From positions 2,336,001 through 2,400,000 of the forward strand of contig OY969801.1 in the NCBI GenBank assembly GCA_963703225.1: DNA of 64,000 nt. Reading direction: 5' to 3'. The stretch is from Candidatus Eiseniibacteriota bacterium. GTDB taxonomy: Bacteria; Eisenbacteria; RBG-16-71-46; SZUA-252. Position numbers and translations under genes: made by a program. Of the stretch, positions 27,655 through 40,100 are shown in pieces. The notes under the pieces are model-generated. The model was not told where the DNA came from. It saw only the letters and a list, made by a program, of their open reading frames with translations, and searched no databases. The stretch's first letter is position 1, and the number at the start of each line of letters is the position of its first letter.

Positions 27655-28821
27655 TCACGCTTCCCGCAGCGACTCGATGATCGGCATGCCCGCGGCTTTG
27701 CGCGCGGGGAAAAAGCCTCCCACAAGCCCCATGAGCGCCGAAAAGGCAAGGCCCAGGAGCAGCATGCCCGGCGTGACCTGAAACCGGAAGGCCAGCTCGC
27801 TGAAGGTGGCGAAGCTCATCGTGCCGGTGGTGAAGGTCCGCACCGGGAGGGCGAAGAGGCAGCCGATCAAGCCGCCGAGTAGGCTTAGGAGGACCGACTC
27901 GGCGAGGAAGGAGACGAGGATCGCACCGCGGGAGAAGCCGATGGCGAGGAGGGTGCCGATTTCCTTGGTTCGAGCGCCGACGGCCGCGTACATCGTGTTG
28001 AGCGCGCCGAAGACCGCACCCAAGGCCATGATCGAGGTGACAAAAAGGCCCAGCGCGCGAAGCATCGACGCGAGGAGGCCCGACTGCTTGGAGTAGAAAA
28101 TGTCCTCCCGCTCCACCTCCACGCTCATCCGAGGATCGGACTCCAAGCGCTGCTTCAACGGCTTCAGATAGCTGGGCTCGCGCAGACGAAGGGTCACGCT
28201 CTGGAAGACCGGGCGGTCGAAAACCGGCATGAAGAGCTCGACGTCGCCCCAGATCTCCGAGTCGTAGGCCCTGCCTCCGGAGTCCAAAATCCCCACCACG
28301 GTCCAGACACGACCCGCGAGCTTCAGATGATCGCCGACGGAGCAGTTCTGGAATCGATCGGCCACCATCTTTCCCACGACGATCTCGTCGAGCCCGGTCC
28401 GGAACATGCGGCCTTCCAGGAGGCGAATCTGGGGCCTCAACACGAGCGATTTGGGACCCACGCCGCGGACCACCACGTTCGTGGTCGTCCCCGACTTGCG
28501 CGGCAGATTCCAAACCACGATCAGCTCGGAAGCCGCCAGCGGCGTGTCGTCGGGTCCGCGCGCGATCTCCTCCTGGCTCGTCACCGCGGCCGCCGCTTCG
28601 CGCGAGATGATGCTCATCAGCTCGGCCGTGGAGCCCTTTCGGATCACGATCGCGTTGTGGGATGAACCGGTCGTCTGGAGTGCCGCCTGAAATCCTCCCG
28701 CCAATGCCAGGGTGAAGATGAACACCCAAGCGACGAGGGCGATGCCCAGCGCGGTCAGCGCGGTGCTGACACGGCGCGCCGCCAGGTTCTTCCAGTTGTA
28801 CGAGAGTGGGATCAGCGCCAT
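27655..28821 (-). CDS. MacB/FtsX-type ABC transporter permease
   Basis: Four-TM MacB topology; NTMYAAVGARTKEIGTLLAIGF. Confidence 0.92.
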   Translation of the reverse strand: MALIPLSYNWKNLAARRVSTALTALGIALVAWVFIFTLALAGGFQAALQTTGSSHNAIVIRKGSTAELMSIISREAAAAVTSQEEIARGPDDTPLAASELIVVWNLPRKSGTTTNVVVRGVGPKSLVLRPQIRLLEGRMFRTGLDEIVVGKMVADRFQNCSVGDHLKLAGRVWTVVGILDSGGRAYDSEIWGDVELFMPVFDRPVFQSVTLRLREPSYLKPLKQRLESDPRMSVEVEREDIFYSKQSGLLASMLRALGLFVTSIMALGAVFGALNTMYAAVGARTKEIGTLLAIGFSRGAILVSFLAESVLLSLLGGLIGCLFALPVRTFTTGTMSFATFSELAFRFQVTPGMLLLGLAFSALMGLVGGFFPARKAAGMPIIESLREA

Positions 28822-28822
28822 C

Positions 28823-29971
28823 CTATGCGACCTTTCGCAGAGCGCCCGCGATCTCGAGGCGGGCGGCCCGAATGGCGGGAACGAGCCCGCTCAAGAGGCC
28901 CATCACCAGCGAGAGCAGCATCCCCGCGGCGAGCGTTTCGGGAAGCACCCGGAAGTTGGGGATCATTCCGCCCGCCGTGAAGTTGACCTTTCGAAAGAGC
29001 AGAAACGCGAGCCCGCACCCGAGGATTCCGCCGGCGAGCGAAAGGAGGATTGATTCCGCCGCCACCAACCCCAGGACCAGGCGGTCTCCAAAGCCGAGCG
29101 TCTTCAAGATCGCGATCTCGGTGGTCCGCTCCCGGGCGGCCATCATCATGGTGTTGATCGTCACCAGCATGATGGCGAAGACGATCGCGGAACCCAGGAT
29201 GGTCAGGAGCAGGCTCACGTTCCCCATCATCTGGAGAAACCCCGCTTGAAACGCCTTCTCGGTCTCGGTCTTCGTCGGCTGGGGGCTGTTTTCGTAGATC
29301 TTGTCGATGCGCGCGCTCACGGGCGGCGCGTCCGACGGCGACGCGACCTTGATCCAGTAGATCCCGACCCAGTTCTTGCGCCCCTCCGGCATCGTCTCGT
29401 TCAGGTAGTTCCAGTGAAAGAAGATCACGTTCTCGTCGGCGTCCGGCGTGCTCGCCTTGAAGATCCCGCGAAGGGTCAGCCTCCAATCGCCCGGGTAGAT
29501 GGTCCCCGTGATCGGGATCAAATCTCCCATCTTCCACCCGTATTTGTCGACGAGCGCCTGGCCCGCGATGCAGGCCGTCCGCTCGCTCAGGAACGCCTGA
29601 CGCTGGTCCGCGGAGAGAAGAATCTCCGGGTAGACGTCGAAGAGGGAGACCGGGTCCACGGCGAATTGGGTGAATTGGTTCTTGGGATCTTGAAAGTAGC
29701 CGCCAAACCAATTCCCCCAGCTCACGCGCAGCACGCCCGGCACCTGCTCGAGCCGATCCTTGTAGGCGAGCGGTAATGGAAAGACGAGCGAGGCGGCGTG
29801 GCGCACCACGAGGCGGGTATCGTCCGAGGCGCGGATCCCCGCGTCCAGCGAGGTCATCACCGTCCGGAGCGTGCAGAAGAGGAACAGCGCGATCGCGATC
29901 GATGAGACCGTCAGAAACGTTCGGCGCTTGGAGCGCGCCAGGTGCGAAAGGATCAGCCCGAGATACTTCAC
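28823..29971 (-). CDS. MacB/FtsX-type ABC transporter permease
   Basis: NTMMMAARERTTEIAILKTLGF; large periplasmic domain. Confidence 0.92.
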   Translation of the reverse strand: MKYLGLILSHLARSKRRTFLTVSSIAIALFLFCTLRTVMTSLDAGIRASDDTRLVVRHAASLVFPLPLAYKDRLEQVPGVLRVSWGNWFGGYFQDPKNQFTQFAVDPVSLFDVYPEILLSADQRQAFLSERTACIAGQALVDKYGWKMGDLIPITGTIYPGDWRLTLRGIFKASTPDADENVIFFHWNYLNETMPEGRKNWVGIYWIKVASPSDAPPVSARIDKIYENSPQPTKTETEKAFQAGFLQMMGNVSLLLTILGSAIVFAIMLVTINTMMMAARERTTEIAILKTLGFGDRLVLGLVAAESILLSLAGGILGCGLAFLLFRKVNFTAGGMIPNFRVLPETLAAGMLLSLVMGLLSGLVPAIRAARLEIAGALRKVA

Positions 29972-30666
29972 GAACGGAGGATCCCCTTCTCCAGATAGAG
30001 CGTCATGTGAGCCCGCTGGGCCGCCTGCGGATCGTGGGTGACCATGAGGATCGTCTTCCCCATTTCCTGGTTCAGCCGTTGGAGCAGGACGAGAATCTCG
30101 TCGGCGTTCTTGGCGTCGAGATCCCCCGTCGGCTCGTCCGCCACGAGGAGCGTAGGGTCGGCGACGATGGCGCGCGCGATCGCCACACGCTGCTCTTCAC
30201 CGCCCGAGAGTTGGCGCGGAATGTGCCCCGCGCGGGCCTCGAGCCCGACCAGCTGGAGCGCCAGGAGCACCCGCTTCTTGCGCTCCGCGGCGGAGAGCCG
30301 CGTGAGCAGGAGCGGGAGCTCGACGTTCCGGAACGCCGTCAGAACCGGGATCAGGTTGTAGAGCTGAAAGATGAATCCGACGTGACGCGCCCGCCACGCC
30401 GCGAGCTTCGACGATTTGAGCGCGCCGAGCGACTCACCCCCCACGCGCACGTCGCCCCGCGTCGGTCGATCGATTCCACCGATCAGGTTGAGAAGGGTCG
30501 ACTTCCCCGAACCGCTGGGGCCCATGAGCGCGAGAAATTCGCCGGGCTTCACTTCCAGGTTGATCCCGGCCAGCACCGGGATCTCGATCTTGTCGCGGTG
30601 GTAGACCTTGTGAACGTCGCGCAGCGAGATGAGGGCGCCGTTCGACTGGGGATTGCCGTTGGACAT
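29968..30666 (-). CDS. ABC transporter ATP-binding protein (LolD/MacB type)
   Basis: [29 protein letters not shown]. Confidence 0.95.
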   Translation of the reverse strand: MSNGNPQSNGALISLRDVHKVYHRDKIEIPVLAGINLEVKPGEFLALMGPSGSGKSTLLNLIGGIDRPTRGDVRVGGESLGALKSSKLAAWRARHVGFIFQLYNLIPVLTAFRNVELPLLLTRLSAAERKKRVLLALQLVGLEARAGHIPRQLSGGEEQRVAIARAIVADPTLLVADEPTGDLDAKNADEILVLLQRLNQEMGKTILMVTHDPQAAQRAHMTLYLEKGILRS

Positions 30667-30684
30667 TCGAATTCCCTCCGGTCT

Positions 30685-31938
30685 CTATCGGACCCGAACG
30701 CGGGCCCTGTCCTTCAATTCCGCCGGCGCTTCGACGACCACGGCCTCGCCCGCCGCGAGCCCGCCCGACACCGCCACACGGTCGGAGCTGTATGGCCGGG
30801 GCGAGACGCCCCGCTCCACGGCGCGCCCTCCCTCCACGACATAGATCACCGCCCGCCCCTCACGCTCCCGCACCGCGGAGCGCGGAACCAGGACCACGGA
30901 TGAGGGAACCGCCTGCCCGCTGGCGTTACCGGTCGGTTCGGGATCCGCGAGAAACGTCACCTTGGCGCCCATTTCGGGGAGAACTCGTGCATCGAGCGAG
31001 TCGAACGAGACCTTGATCTGCACGGTCGCCTTTTGCCGGTCGGCGGTCGGCACGATCTGCCGCGCGCGCCCCGGATATCGATCGTTGGGGTATGCGTCGA
31101 GAGTGATCTCGGCCCGCATGCCCTCGTGTGCCCGCGCGACGTAGCCCTCGTTGACGTCGACCTCGACCTCGAGGCTCGAGAGGTTGGCCATCGTCGCGAT
31201 GGCGCCCCGGGTCAACCCGCCGCTCGAGGGGATCGGGCTCACGATCTCACCCACTTCGGCCTCCTTCCGCAGCACGGCGCCGGCGAAGGGGGCACGGATG
31301 AACGTCTTCTCGTACGCGATATTCGCGGCCAAGAGTCCGGCACGAGCGCTCTCGATCGCGGCGGCCGCGCTCTCCACGCGCGCCCGCGCGACCGCGTCGC
31401 GGGCCTCCACCTGGTCGAATTCCGCCTGGCTCACCAGACCGCGCGACAGAAGCTCCCGAACGCGGGCGAGGTCGAGCGCGCTCTCGCGCGCCGTCGCCTT
31501 CGCTTCGGTGTTCGCGGCTTCGGCCGCAGCCAGCGCCGCCTTCGCGCTCTCGACGGCGGCCTTCTGATCTTCGTTCCGGAGCACGCCGAGCACCTGCCCC
31601 TTCTGCACGCGGCTCCCCTCGCTCACGTAGAGGGCTTCGAGGCGCCCCGCCACCTCGGTGGAGACCGACGCCCGCTGTCGGGCCACGATGTAGCCGCTCG
31701 CCGTAAGAACCTCGGATGCCCCGACGCCAGGGGACCCGCCGAGCGCCTCGGCTCGAGCGACGGTGACCGTGAGCACCTTGGGGCGGACGATCGGCAAGAC
31801 GAACGCGATGAGGGGGAGGACTACCGCGGCGATCACAAAGGCGATGGTCCACTTCCGCCCAGGGCTGCCGGAGGCGGGGGGCGGTTGTTCGCGGTTGATC
31901 GTCAGGCCGGTCAGATCGGCCGATTCCGTCCGCGTCAC
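30685..31938 (-). CDS. Efflux periplasmic adaptor (MacA-like membrane fusion protein)
   Basis: N-terminal TM, ASGY, lipoyl/helical hairpin, IRAPFAG, PEMGAKV. Confidence 0.92.
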   Translation of the reverse strand: MTRTESADLTGLTINREQPPPASGSPGRKWTIAFVIAAVVLPLIAFVLPIVRPKVLTVTVARAEALGGSPGVGASEVLTASGYIVARQRASVSTEVAGRLEALYVSEGSRVQKGQVLGVLRNEDQKAAVESAKAALAAAEAANTEAKATARESALDLARVRELLSRGLVSQAEFDQVEARDAVARARVESAAAAIESARAGLLAANIAYEKTFIRAPFAGAVLRKEAEVGEIVSPIPSSGGLTRGAIATMANLSSLEVEVDVNEGYVARAHEGMRAEITLDAYPNDRYPGRARQIVPTADRQKATVQIKVSFDSLDARVLPEMGAKVTFLADPEPTGNASGQAVPSSVVLVPRSAVREREGRAVIYVVEGGRAVERGVSPRPYSSDRVAVSGGLAAGEAVVVEAPAELKDRARVRVR

Positions 31939-32918
31939 GCCGTGATGCCCTTCTCCTCCCGGACCTCCCGCACCGCGTCGACCATCACCTTGAGCTTTGC
32001 GAACGATTCGTCGATCGTGCGCGTCTTCAGGCCGCAGTCGGGATCGACGTACATCTGCTCCGGCTTCAGGACCTCGAGGCCGCGGAGAATCCCGGCCTTG
32101 ACCTCTTCCTTGCTCTCGATCCGGTGCGAATGAACGTCGAGCACTCCGTAGCCGATTTCCTTGGTAAACGCGTGTGCGCGGAAGCGGTCGAGAAGATCGT
32201 ACCTGCTGTTCGCCATCTCCAGGTCGATCATGTCGACCGGCAGATCGAGCATGGCGGGGTAGATCACGTCGAAGTCTCCGTAACAGATGTGGGTGATCGT
32301 CTTCGCCTTCAGCCCCTCCGTGGCGCGACCCAGGGCGCGGACCGCAAGCTTGAGCTCATCGGGGCGTACCGAAACGGCAGGCTCGTCGATTTGGATGTAT
32401 TTCGCCCCGGCCTCTTGAAGCGCGATCGCTTCCTCGCGGATCGCCTCGGCCAGGTCCATCGCCATCGCTTCGCGCGATGGGTAATGCTCGTTGAAGGACC
32501 AATCCATCATCGTGTAGGGGCCGGTGAGCATCCCCTTGATCGGCTTTGAAGTCTGCGATTGGGCGAACTTCCACCAGTCCACCGTCAGCGCCTTCTTGCG
32601 GCGGATCGGCCCCACCGCGATCGGCTTCCGGTAGTAGCGATTCCCGTAGGACCGGACTGGGTTCGAGATCGCGTAGCCGGGCATCAGCTCGGCAAAGTAG
32701 GTCGTCATGTCTCCGCGATAGAGCTCCCCGTCCACGAGGATGTCGAGCCCAGCCTCCTCCTGGCGACGGATCATCTGAATCGTCTCGGCCCGCTCCAGCT
32801 CTTGCAGCGCATCGGCCTTGATCTCGCCGCGAGCAAATTGCTGGCGTGCCTTCTCCAGATTCGGGGGCTTGGGGAAACTGCCGACGGTGGTCGTCCAGAG
32901 TCCGCGGGGCATCATCAA
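31935..32918 (-). CDS. metE: Cobalamin-independent methionine synthase, catalytic (C-terminal-like) subunit of split MetE
   Basis: TTTVGSFP, DGE, KGMLTGPYT, IQIDEPA, Zn ligands THICY and PDCGLKT. Confidence 0.9.
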   Translation of the reverse strand: MMMPRGLWTTTVGSFPKPPNLEKARQQFARGEIKADALQELERAETIQMIRRQEEAGLDILVDGELYRGDMTTYFAELMPGYAISNPVRSYGNRYYRKPIAVGPIRRKKALTVDWWKFAQSQTSKPIKGMLTGPYTMMDWSFNEHYPSREAMAMDLAEAIREEAIALQEAGAKYIQIDEPAVSVRPDELKLAVRALGRATEGLKAKTITHICYGDFDVIYPAMLDLPVDMIDLEMANSRYDLLDRFRAHAFTKEIGYGVLDVHSHRIESKEEVKAGILRGLEVLKPEQMYVDPDCGLKTRTIDESFAKLKVMVDAVREVREEKGITA

Positions 32919-33898
32919 CCTCCGTTCCGCATGGCGATCTTGGCCGCCTCGACCAAGCGGGAGACCTTCTGCTCCGCCCGGTCCGCCGGCAAATACTCCA
33001 AGCTGGCGCTGGGGCTGAGTTGGAACTCGAGGTCAGGGCGAGCGGTCTTGGCTCGCGCGATGGCGCGGGCGAGGTCAGCCGGGTCTTCGAGGCGCGTATT
33101 GCGCGCGTCAACCAAGCCCAGAACGACCGTCCTGCCCTCGGGAACGCGTGCGAGGAGCTCCCATCCGGCGGGGGCCCCGACCAAGTCCAGGCCAATCGCG
33201 GTCCAGGGCAAGTCGCGAAGGGCCTCGAATACGGTTGCGGGGGCTCCGAATGGCACGTGGATCACCGTTCGGGCGGTCCGGTCGGCGAGGAGAGGCTCGA
33301 GCGCGGCGCGCACGAGCGGCGCTTCCTCGGCGCGGGCCCGCGCGATCCATGGCTCCTCAAAGTGGATCCAGCGCGCGCCCGCCTTCTCAAGCGCCTGCGC
33401 TTCTCGAGCGAGCGCCGCTCCGATCGCACGGAGAGCGTCGGAGGGTGACTGATAGTGGCGGTCCCTCGAGAACCGGTAGAGCGAGAACGGGCCCGGGAGC
33501 AGCGCCTTAACCGGCCGCGCCGACATCGACTGCGCGCTTCGGTAGTCGTCTACCGTAATCGGGCGCTCCCAGGTCACCGCACCCACGATCTCCGGCTGGC
33601 GGTAGTAGGTGTTGGTGTCGAGGTATCGGATCAGCCCTGCAATCTGGAAGCCGCCGAGCGACCGGGCAACGTAGGTCTGCCCATCGTCCCACCCCGCGGC
33701 GCCGTCGACCGGCAGATCGATGCCGGCCCGTTCCTGGATCGCCAGAATCCTGCGCGTGGTCTCGCGGATGGCATTGATTACGTCCGCGTCGGTGGCCTTG
33801 CCCTGGTCGCGACGGTTTCGCACGACCCGGAGATTGGTATCGCCTGTCTGGGTCGGGAGCTTGGGATAGCTCCCGGCCAGCGTGGTTTCGATCTTCAA
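32915..33898 (-). CDS. MetE N-terminal-like (non-catalytic, putative folate-binding) subunit
   Basis: TTG start; AGSYP, RYLDTNTYYRQP, LPGPFSL, LGLVDARNT, SPSASLEYLP; lacks Zn ligands. Confidence 0.85.
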   Translation of the reverse strand: MKIETTLAGSYPKLPTQTGDTNLRVVRNRRDQGKATDADVINAIRETTRRILAIQERAGIDLPVDGAAGWDDGQTYVARSLGGFQIAGLIRYLDTNTYYRQPEIVGAVTWERPITVDDYRSAQSMSARPVKALLPGPFSLYRFSRDRHYQSPSDALRAIGAALAREAQALEKAGARWIHFEEPWIARARAEEAPLVRAALEPLLADRTARTVIHVPFGAPATVFEALRDLPWTAIGLDLVGAPAGWELLARVPEGRTVVLGLVDARNTRLEDPADLARAIARAKTARPDLEFQLSPSASLEYLPADRAEQKVSRLVEAAKIAMRNGG

Positions 33899-34021
33899 TG
33901 CCCCTGCCTCCTGTCTCGCTCGGTGGTAGCCGCGTAGGTTACTACAGCGGGTGGGCTTACATCAAGCTGTGAGGGCCTCCCCGGCCTAAAGCGCCCCCGC
34001 CTGAGGCACGCGGTCCCGCAA

Positions 34022-34071
34022 CCGCAACTTGTTGAAATGATTTGACGAACGGTCGCCTGCTGGGCTAGGAT
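34022..34071 (+). promoter_or_regulatory. Promoter of giant protein 1 with conserved upstream box
   Basis: CCGCAACTTGTTGAAATGAT followed by TTGACG-N18-TAGGAT. Confidence 0.7.
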
Positions 34072-34191
34072 ATGAGGTTCGTGCCATAGTGGATTAGTGG
34101 ATCACTCCGTGCCCAGGTAGCCCGCATCCAGTTGCCCTCTCCACGACTGCCTTCGCCAGGGGATCCGTCGCCCTGGTGGGGGTCGACCCGA

Positions 34192-37100
34192 ATGGTATTG
34201 CCCAGTCCGGTCCGGGTTTTCTATTTAGTCGCAATCACTTACGTCATTGGGATGCTTTCCGTCCCTATCTTGGCTCTGGCGACACCGCCCACGCTGGACG
34301 CCATCGGCGACAAGACAACGGACGAGCTGGCCACGCTTGCCTTCACGGCCACGGCAACCGACCCCGACGTCAGCGACACGGTCGGGTTCTCCCTCGACGG
34401 AGGCGCGCCGGCGGGAGCCACCATCAACCCGACGACCGGTGCGTTCGCTTGGACCCCGACCGAAGCACAGGGCCCCGGCGCCTTCCCCATCACGATCCGC
34501 GCCACCGACAACGGCGGACCGCCGGAGAGCGCATCCGAGACCATCACCATAACGGTGAACGAAGTCAATATCGCGCCGGTCGTGGCTCCCATTGGAAACA
34601 GAACCACGACCGTCGGGAGCCCCGTGGCGTTCACCGCCACCGCCACAGACGCTGATCTGCCAGCAAACGCGTTGACGTTCTCGTTGGATGCCGGCTTTCC
34701 GGCCGGGGCCTCGATCGGGAGCACGACGGGCGCCTTTGCTTGGACGCCGACAGTGGGCCAGGTGGGCGCCAATCCTGCAACGGTGCGCGCCACGGACAAC
34801 GGTAGCCCCGCGCTCAGCGGATCTCACGACGTCGTGATCACCGTGAACGGAAATCAACCGCCGGTTCTGGCGGCGATCGGCGACAGGACCGTGAATGAGC
34901 TCGCGGCGCTTGCTTTCACAACGTCCGCGACCGATCCCGACGTCGGACAGACCGTCGTTTACTCGCTCGACGCCGGCGCCCCCGCCGGCGCGACGATCAA
35001 TTCGTCGACGGGCGCCTTCTCCTGGGCCCCAACCGAAGCTCAGGGACCCGGCTCGTTCCCCATTACGATTCGGGCCACCGACGACGGAACGCCCGCGATG
35101 TTCGACTTTGAGGCGATTACGGTAACGGCCGACGAGGTGAACGCGGCGCCGGTGCTGGCCGCGATCGGGAACAAGACGGTGAGCGAGCTGGCGGCCCTGG
35201 CGTTTACGGCGACCGCAACGGACGGCGACCTCCCGGCCAACACGCTGGCCTTCTCGCTGGACGCTGGATCTCCCGCCGGCGCGGCGATCGGGAGCACGAC
35301 GGGGGCCTTCTCGTGGACGCCGACGGAGGCTCAGGGACCCGGCTCGTTCCCGATCACGATCCGGGCCACCGACGACGGAACGCCGGCGATGTTCGACTTT
35401 GAGACGATTACGGTTACGGTGAACGAAGTGGATGTGGCGCCGACGCTCACCGCGATCGGGAACAGGACGGTGAGTGAGCTGGCAACCCTGGCGTTCACGG
35501 CCACCGCGACCGACGACGACCTCCCGGCCAACACACTCACGTTCTCCCTCGATGCAGGATTTCCCGCGGGCGCGACGATCAACGCCTCGACCGGGGCCTT
35601 CTCGTGGACTCCGACGGAGGCGCAGGGGCCGGGCAGCTTCCCCATCACGATTCGCGCGACGGACAACGGCACGTCGGCGCTGAGCGACTTCGAGGTGATT
35701 ACCGTCAATGTGAATGAGGTGAACGCCGCACCGACGCTCACCGCGATCGGGAACAAGACGGTGAGCGAGCTGGCGACTTTGGCCTTCACGACGACCGCGA
35801 CCGACGGCGACCTGCCGGCCGAAGCCATCGCGTGGTCGCTGGACGCGGGTGCGCCATCGGGTGCGACGATCGGGAGCACGACGGGGGCCTTCTCGTGGAC
35901 GCCGACGGAGGCTCAGGGACCCGGCACCTACCCCATCACGATTCGCGCCACGGACAACGGGACGCCGGCGCTCAGCGACTTCGAGGGAATCGCGGTCACC
36001 GTGAATGAGGTGAACGTTTCTCCTGTGATAACGAATCCGGGGAGTCACACGGTCAATGAGTTGGCGTCTCTGACCTTCACGGTTGCGGCCACGGACGCCG
36101 ACGCGCCGGCCAACACCCTTACCTGGTCGCTCGAGGGCGCCCCCGCGGGAGCAACCATCGGATCCGGGACTGGAGTGTTTTCCTGGATTCCGACGGAGGC
36201 TGAGGGTCCGGGAACCTATCCGATCACCATCCGTGCCACGGACAACGGAACTCCGGCGCTGAGCGGCGCCGGCGCGACCACGATCACCGTCAATGAAGTG
36301 AACGCGGCCCCCGTGCTTACGGCCGCGATCGGAAACAAGACGGTGGCCGAACTGGCGACCCTCGCCTTCACGGCAACGGCAACCGACTCCGACGTCCCGG
36401 CGAACACCCTGACTTTCTCTCTCGACGCCGGTGCGCCCGCCGGCGCAACGATAAACCCCTCGACTGGCGCGTTTTCTTGGACGCCGACCGAAGTGCAGGG
36501 GCCGGGTGTTTACCCCATCACCATTCGCGCCACGGACAACGGCGACGCCCACCCTGAGCGACTTCGAGGCCATCACGGTCACGGTCAATGAGGTGAACGC
36601 CGCCCCCGTGCTTACGGCCACCGGAAACAAGACGGTGGCCGAACTGGCGACCCTCGCCTTCACGGCGACCGCGACCGACGCCGATGTCCCGGCGAACACG
36701 GTCACCTTCTCTCTCGACGCCGGCGCGCCGACTGGCGCGACGATCAACGCCTCGACCGGAGCCTTCTCCTGGACCCCGACGGAGGCGCAGGGCCCCGGCA
36801 CCTACCCCATCACCATTCGCGCCACGGACAACGGGACGCCGGCGCTCAGCGACTTCGAGGGAATCGCGGTCACCGTCAATGAGGTGAACGTAGCGCCGGT
36901 CGTGACGAATCCTGGAAGCCACACGGTCAATGAGTTGACGTCTCTGACCTTCACGGTTGCGGCCACGGACGCCGACGCGCCGGCCAACACCCTGACCTGG
37001 TCGCTCGAGGGCGCTCCAGCCGGCGCGACGATCAACCCCTCGACCGGAGCCTTCTCCTGGACTCCGACCGAGGCGCAGGGGCCGGGAACATTCCCCATCA

Positions 37101-40100
37101 CGATCCGCGCCACCGACAACGGAACGCCGGCGCTGAGCGACTTCGAGGCGATCACGGTTACGGTGAACGAGGTGAACGTGGCGCCGACGCTCACCGCGAT
37201 CGGGAACAAGACGGTGAGCGAGCTGGCGACCCTCGACTTTCACGGCGACCGCGACGGACGCCGACCTGCCGGCGAACACCATCGCGTGCTCGCTGGACGC
37301 GGGTGCGCCCATCGGGTGCGACGATCAACGCCCTGACCGGAGCCTTCTCCTGGACCCCGACGGAGGCGCAGGGGCCGGGCAGCTTCCCCATCACGATCCG
37401 CGCGACGGACAACGGGACGGGTGCGCTGAGCGACGCCGAGGCGATCACGGTCACCGTGAATGAGGTGAACGCCGCCCCCGTGCTTACGGCTACCGGAAAC
37501 AAGACGGTGGCCGAACTGGCGATCCTCGCCTTCACGGCAACGGCAACCGACTCCGACGTCCCGGCGAACACCCTGACTTTCTCTCTCGACGCCGGCGCGC
37601 CCACGGGCGCGACGATCAACGCCTCGACCGGCGCCTTCTCCTGGACCCCGACGGAGGCGCAGGGGCCGGGCAGCTTCCCCATCACGATCCGCGCGACGGA
37701 CAACGGGGCGGGCCTGCGCTGAGCGACGCCGAGGCGATCACGGTCACGGTCAATGAGGTGAACGCCGCCCCCGTGCTTACGGCCACCGGAAACAAGACGG
37801 TGGCCGAACTGGCGACCCTCGCCTTCACGGCGACCGCGACCGACTCCGATGTCCCGGCGAACACGGTCACCTTCTCTCTCGACGCCGGCGCGCCCACGGG
37901 CGCGACGATCAACGCCTCGACCGGAGCCTTCTCCTGGACCCCGACGGAGGCGCAGGGCCCCGGGACCTACCCCATCACCATTCGCGCCACGGACAACGGG
38001 ACGCCGGCGCTCAGCGACTTCGAGGGAATCGCGGTCACCGTCAATGAGGTGAACGTAGCGCCGGTCGTGACGAATCCTGGAAGCCACACGGTCAATGAGT
38101 TGACGTCTCTGACCTTCACGGTTGCGGCCACGGACGCCGACGCGCCGGCCAACACCCTGACCTGGTCGCTCGAGGGCGCTCCAGCCGGCGCGACGATCAA
38201 CCCCTCGACCGGAGCCTTCTCCTGGACTCCGACCGAGGCGCAGGGGCCGGGAACATTCCCCATCACGATCCGCGCCACCGACAACGGAACGCCGGCGCTC
38301 AGCGACTTCGAGGCGATCACGGTTACGGTGAACGAAGTGAATGTGGCGCCGACGCTCACCGCGATCGGGAACAAGACGGTGAGCGAGCTGGCGGCCCTGA
38401 CTTTCACGGCGACCGCGACGGACGGCGACCTGCCGGCCGAAGCCATCGCGTGGTCGCTGGACGCGGGTGCGCCATCGGGTGCGACGATCAACGCCCTGAC
38501 CGGAGCCTTCTCCTGGACCCCGACGGAGGCGCAGGGGCCGGGCAGCTTCCCCATCACGATTCGGGCCACCGACAACGGGACGCCTGCGATGTCCGACTTT
38601 GAAGCGATCACGGCTACGGTGAACGAAGTGAATGTGGCGCCGACGCTCACCGCGATCGGGAACAGGACGGTGAGCGAGGGGTCGGCGCTGGCGTTCACTG
38701 CGACCGCGACCGACGCCGACGTCCCGGCGAACACGGTGACCTTCTCTCTCGACGCCGGCGCGCCCACGGGTTCGACGATCGGGAGCACGACGGGGGTCTT
38801 CTCGTGGACCCCGACGGAGGCGCAGGGACCGGGGTCGTTCCCCATCACGATTCGCGCGACGGACAACGGCACGCCGACGCTGAGCGATTTTGAGGCGATC
38901 ACCGTCAGCGTGAACGAGGTAAATTCGTCGCCCACCGTCACGAATCCCGGGAACAAGACCGTCAACGAGCTTGAGGCGCTGGCGTTTACCGCCACCGCCG
39001 CGGACCCCGACCTCCCGGCCAACACACTCACGTTCTCCCTCGATGCAGGATTTCCCGCGGGCGCGGCGATCAATGCCTCGACCGGGGCCTTCTCCTGGAC
39101 GCCGACGGAGGCCCAAGGGCCCGGGACGCTCCCCATCACGATTCGCGCGACGGACAACGGCACACCAACGCTCAGCGATTTCGAGGTGATCACCGTCACC
39201 GTGAACGAGGTAAATGCGACGCCCACCGTCACGAGTCCCGGGAGCAAGACCGTCAACGAGATTGTAACGCTGGCGTTCACCGTGACCGCAACGGACTCCG
39301 ATGTTCCGGTGAACACTCTGAGCTGGTCATTGGACGCGGGAGCTCCGCCGGGCGCGGCGATCAATTCGTCGACCGGCGCCTTCTCATGGACGCCGACCGA
39401 AGCTCAGGGACCGGGGTCGTTCCCGATCACGATTCGCGCGACGGACAATGGGGCGCCGACCACGAGCGGGACCGCAGCGATCACGATCACCGTCAACGAA
39501 GAGAACGTCGCGCCGGTGGTGGCCAACCCCGGAAACCAGACCGTCAATGAGCTCGCCCATCTGGCCTTCACCGCCACCGCGACGGACGCCGACCTGCCCG
39601 CCAATACCCTGACATGGTCGCTCGACGCGGGATCTCCGGCCGGCGCGACGATCGGAGCCGGGACCGCCGCCTTCTCGTGGACCCCGACCGAAGCACAGGG
39701 TCCGGGTACCTTCCCGATCACGATCCGGGCGACGGACAACGGGACAGCCGCGTTGAGCGGCGCGGCGGCGATCACGATCACGGTCCAGGAAGTGAATGTG
39801 GCGCCGGTGCTCGGCGCGATCGGAAACAAGACGGTGAACGAGCTCGTGGCGCTCGCGTTCACCGCCACCGCGACGGACACCGACATCCCGAGTTCGCTGA
39901 CCTACTCCCTGGATGCCGGGGCGCCGGCGGGCGCGGCGATCAACCCTTCGACGGGCGCATTCGCGTGGACACCAACGGAAGCGCAGGGCCCGGGCAGCTA
40001 CCCCATAACCATCCGCGTCACGGACGAGGGAACGCCGGCCCTGGACGACTTCGAAACGATCGCCGTCACCGTGAACGAGGTGAATGTCGCACCGGTATTG

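Noticed and set aside
33899..34020. SAM/SAH/cobalamin riboswitch upstream of split metE
   Set aside because: No recognisable consensus by eye; a covariance-model search would be needed.
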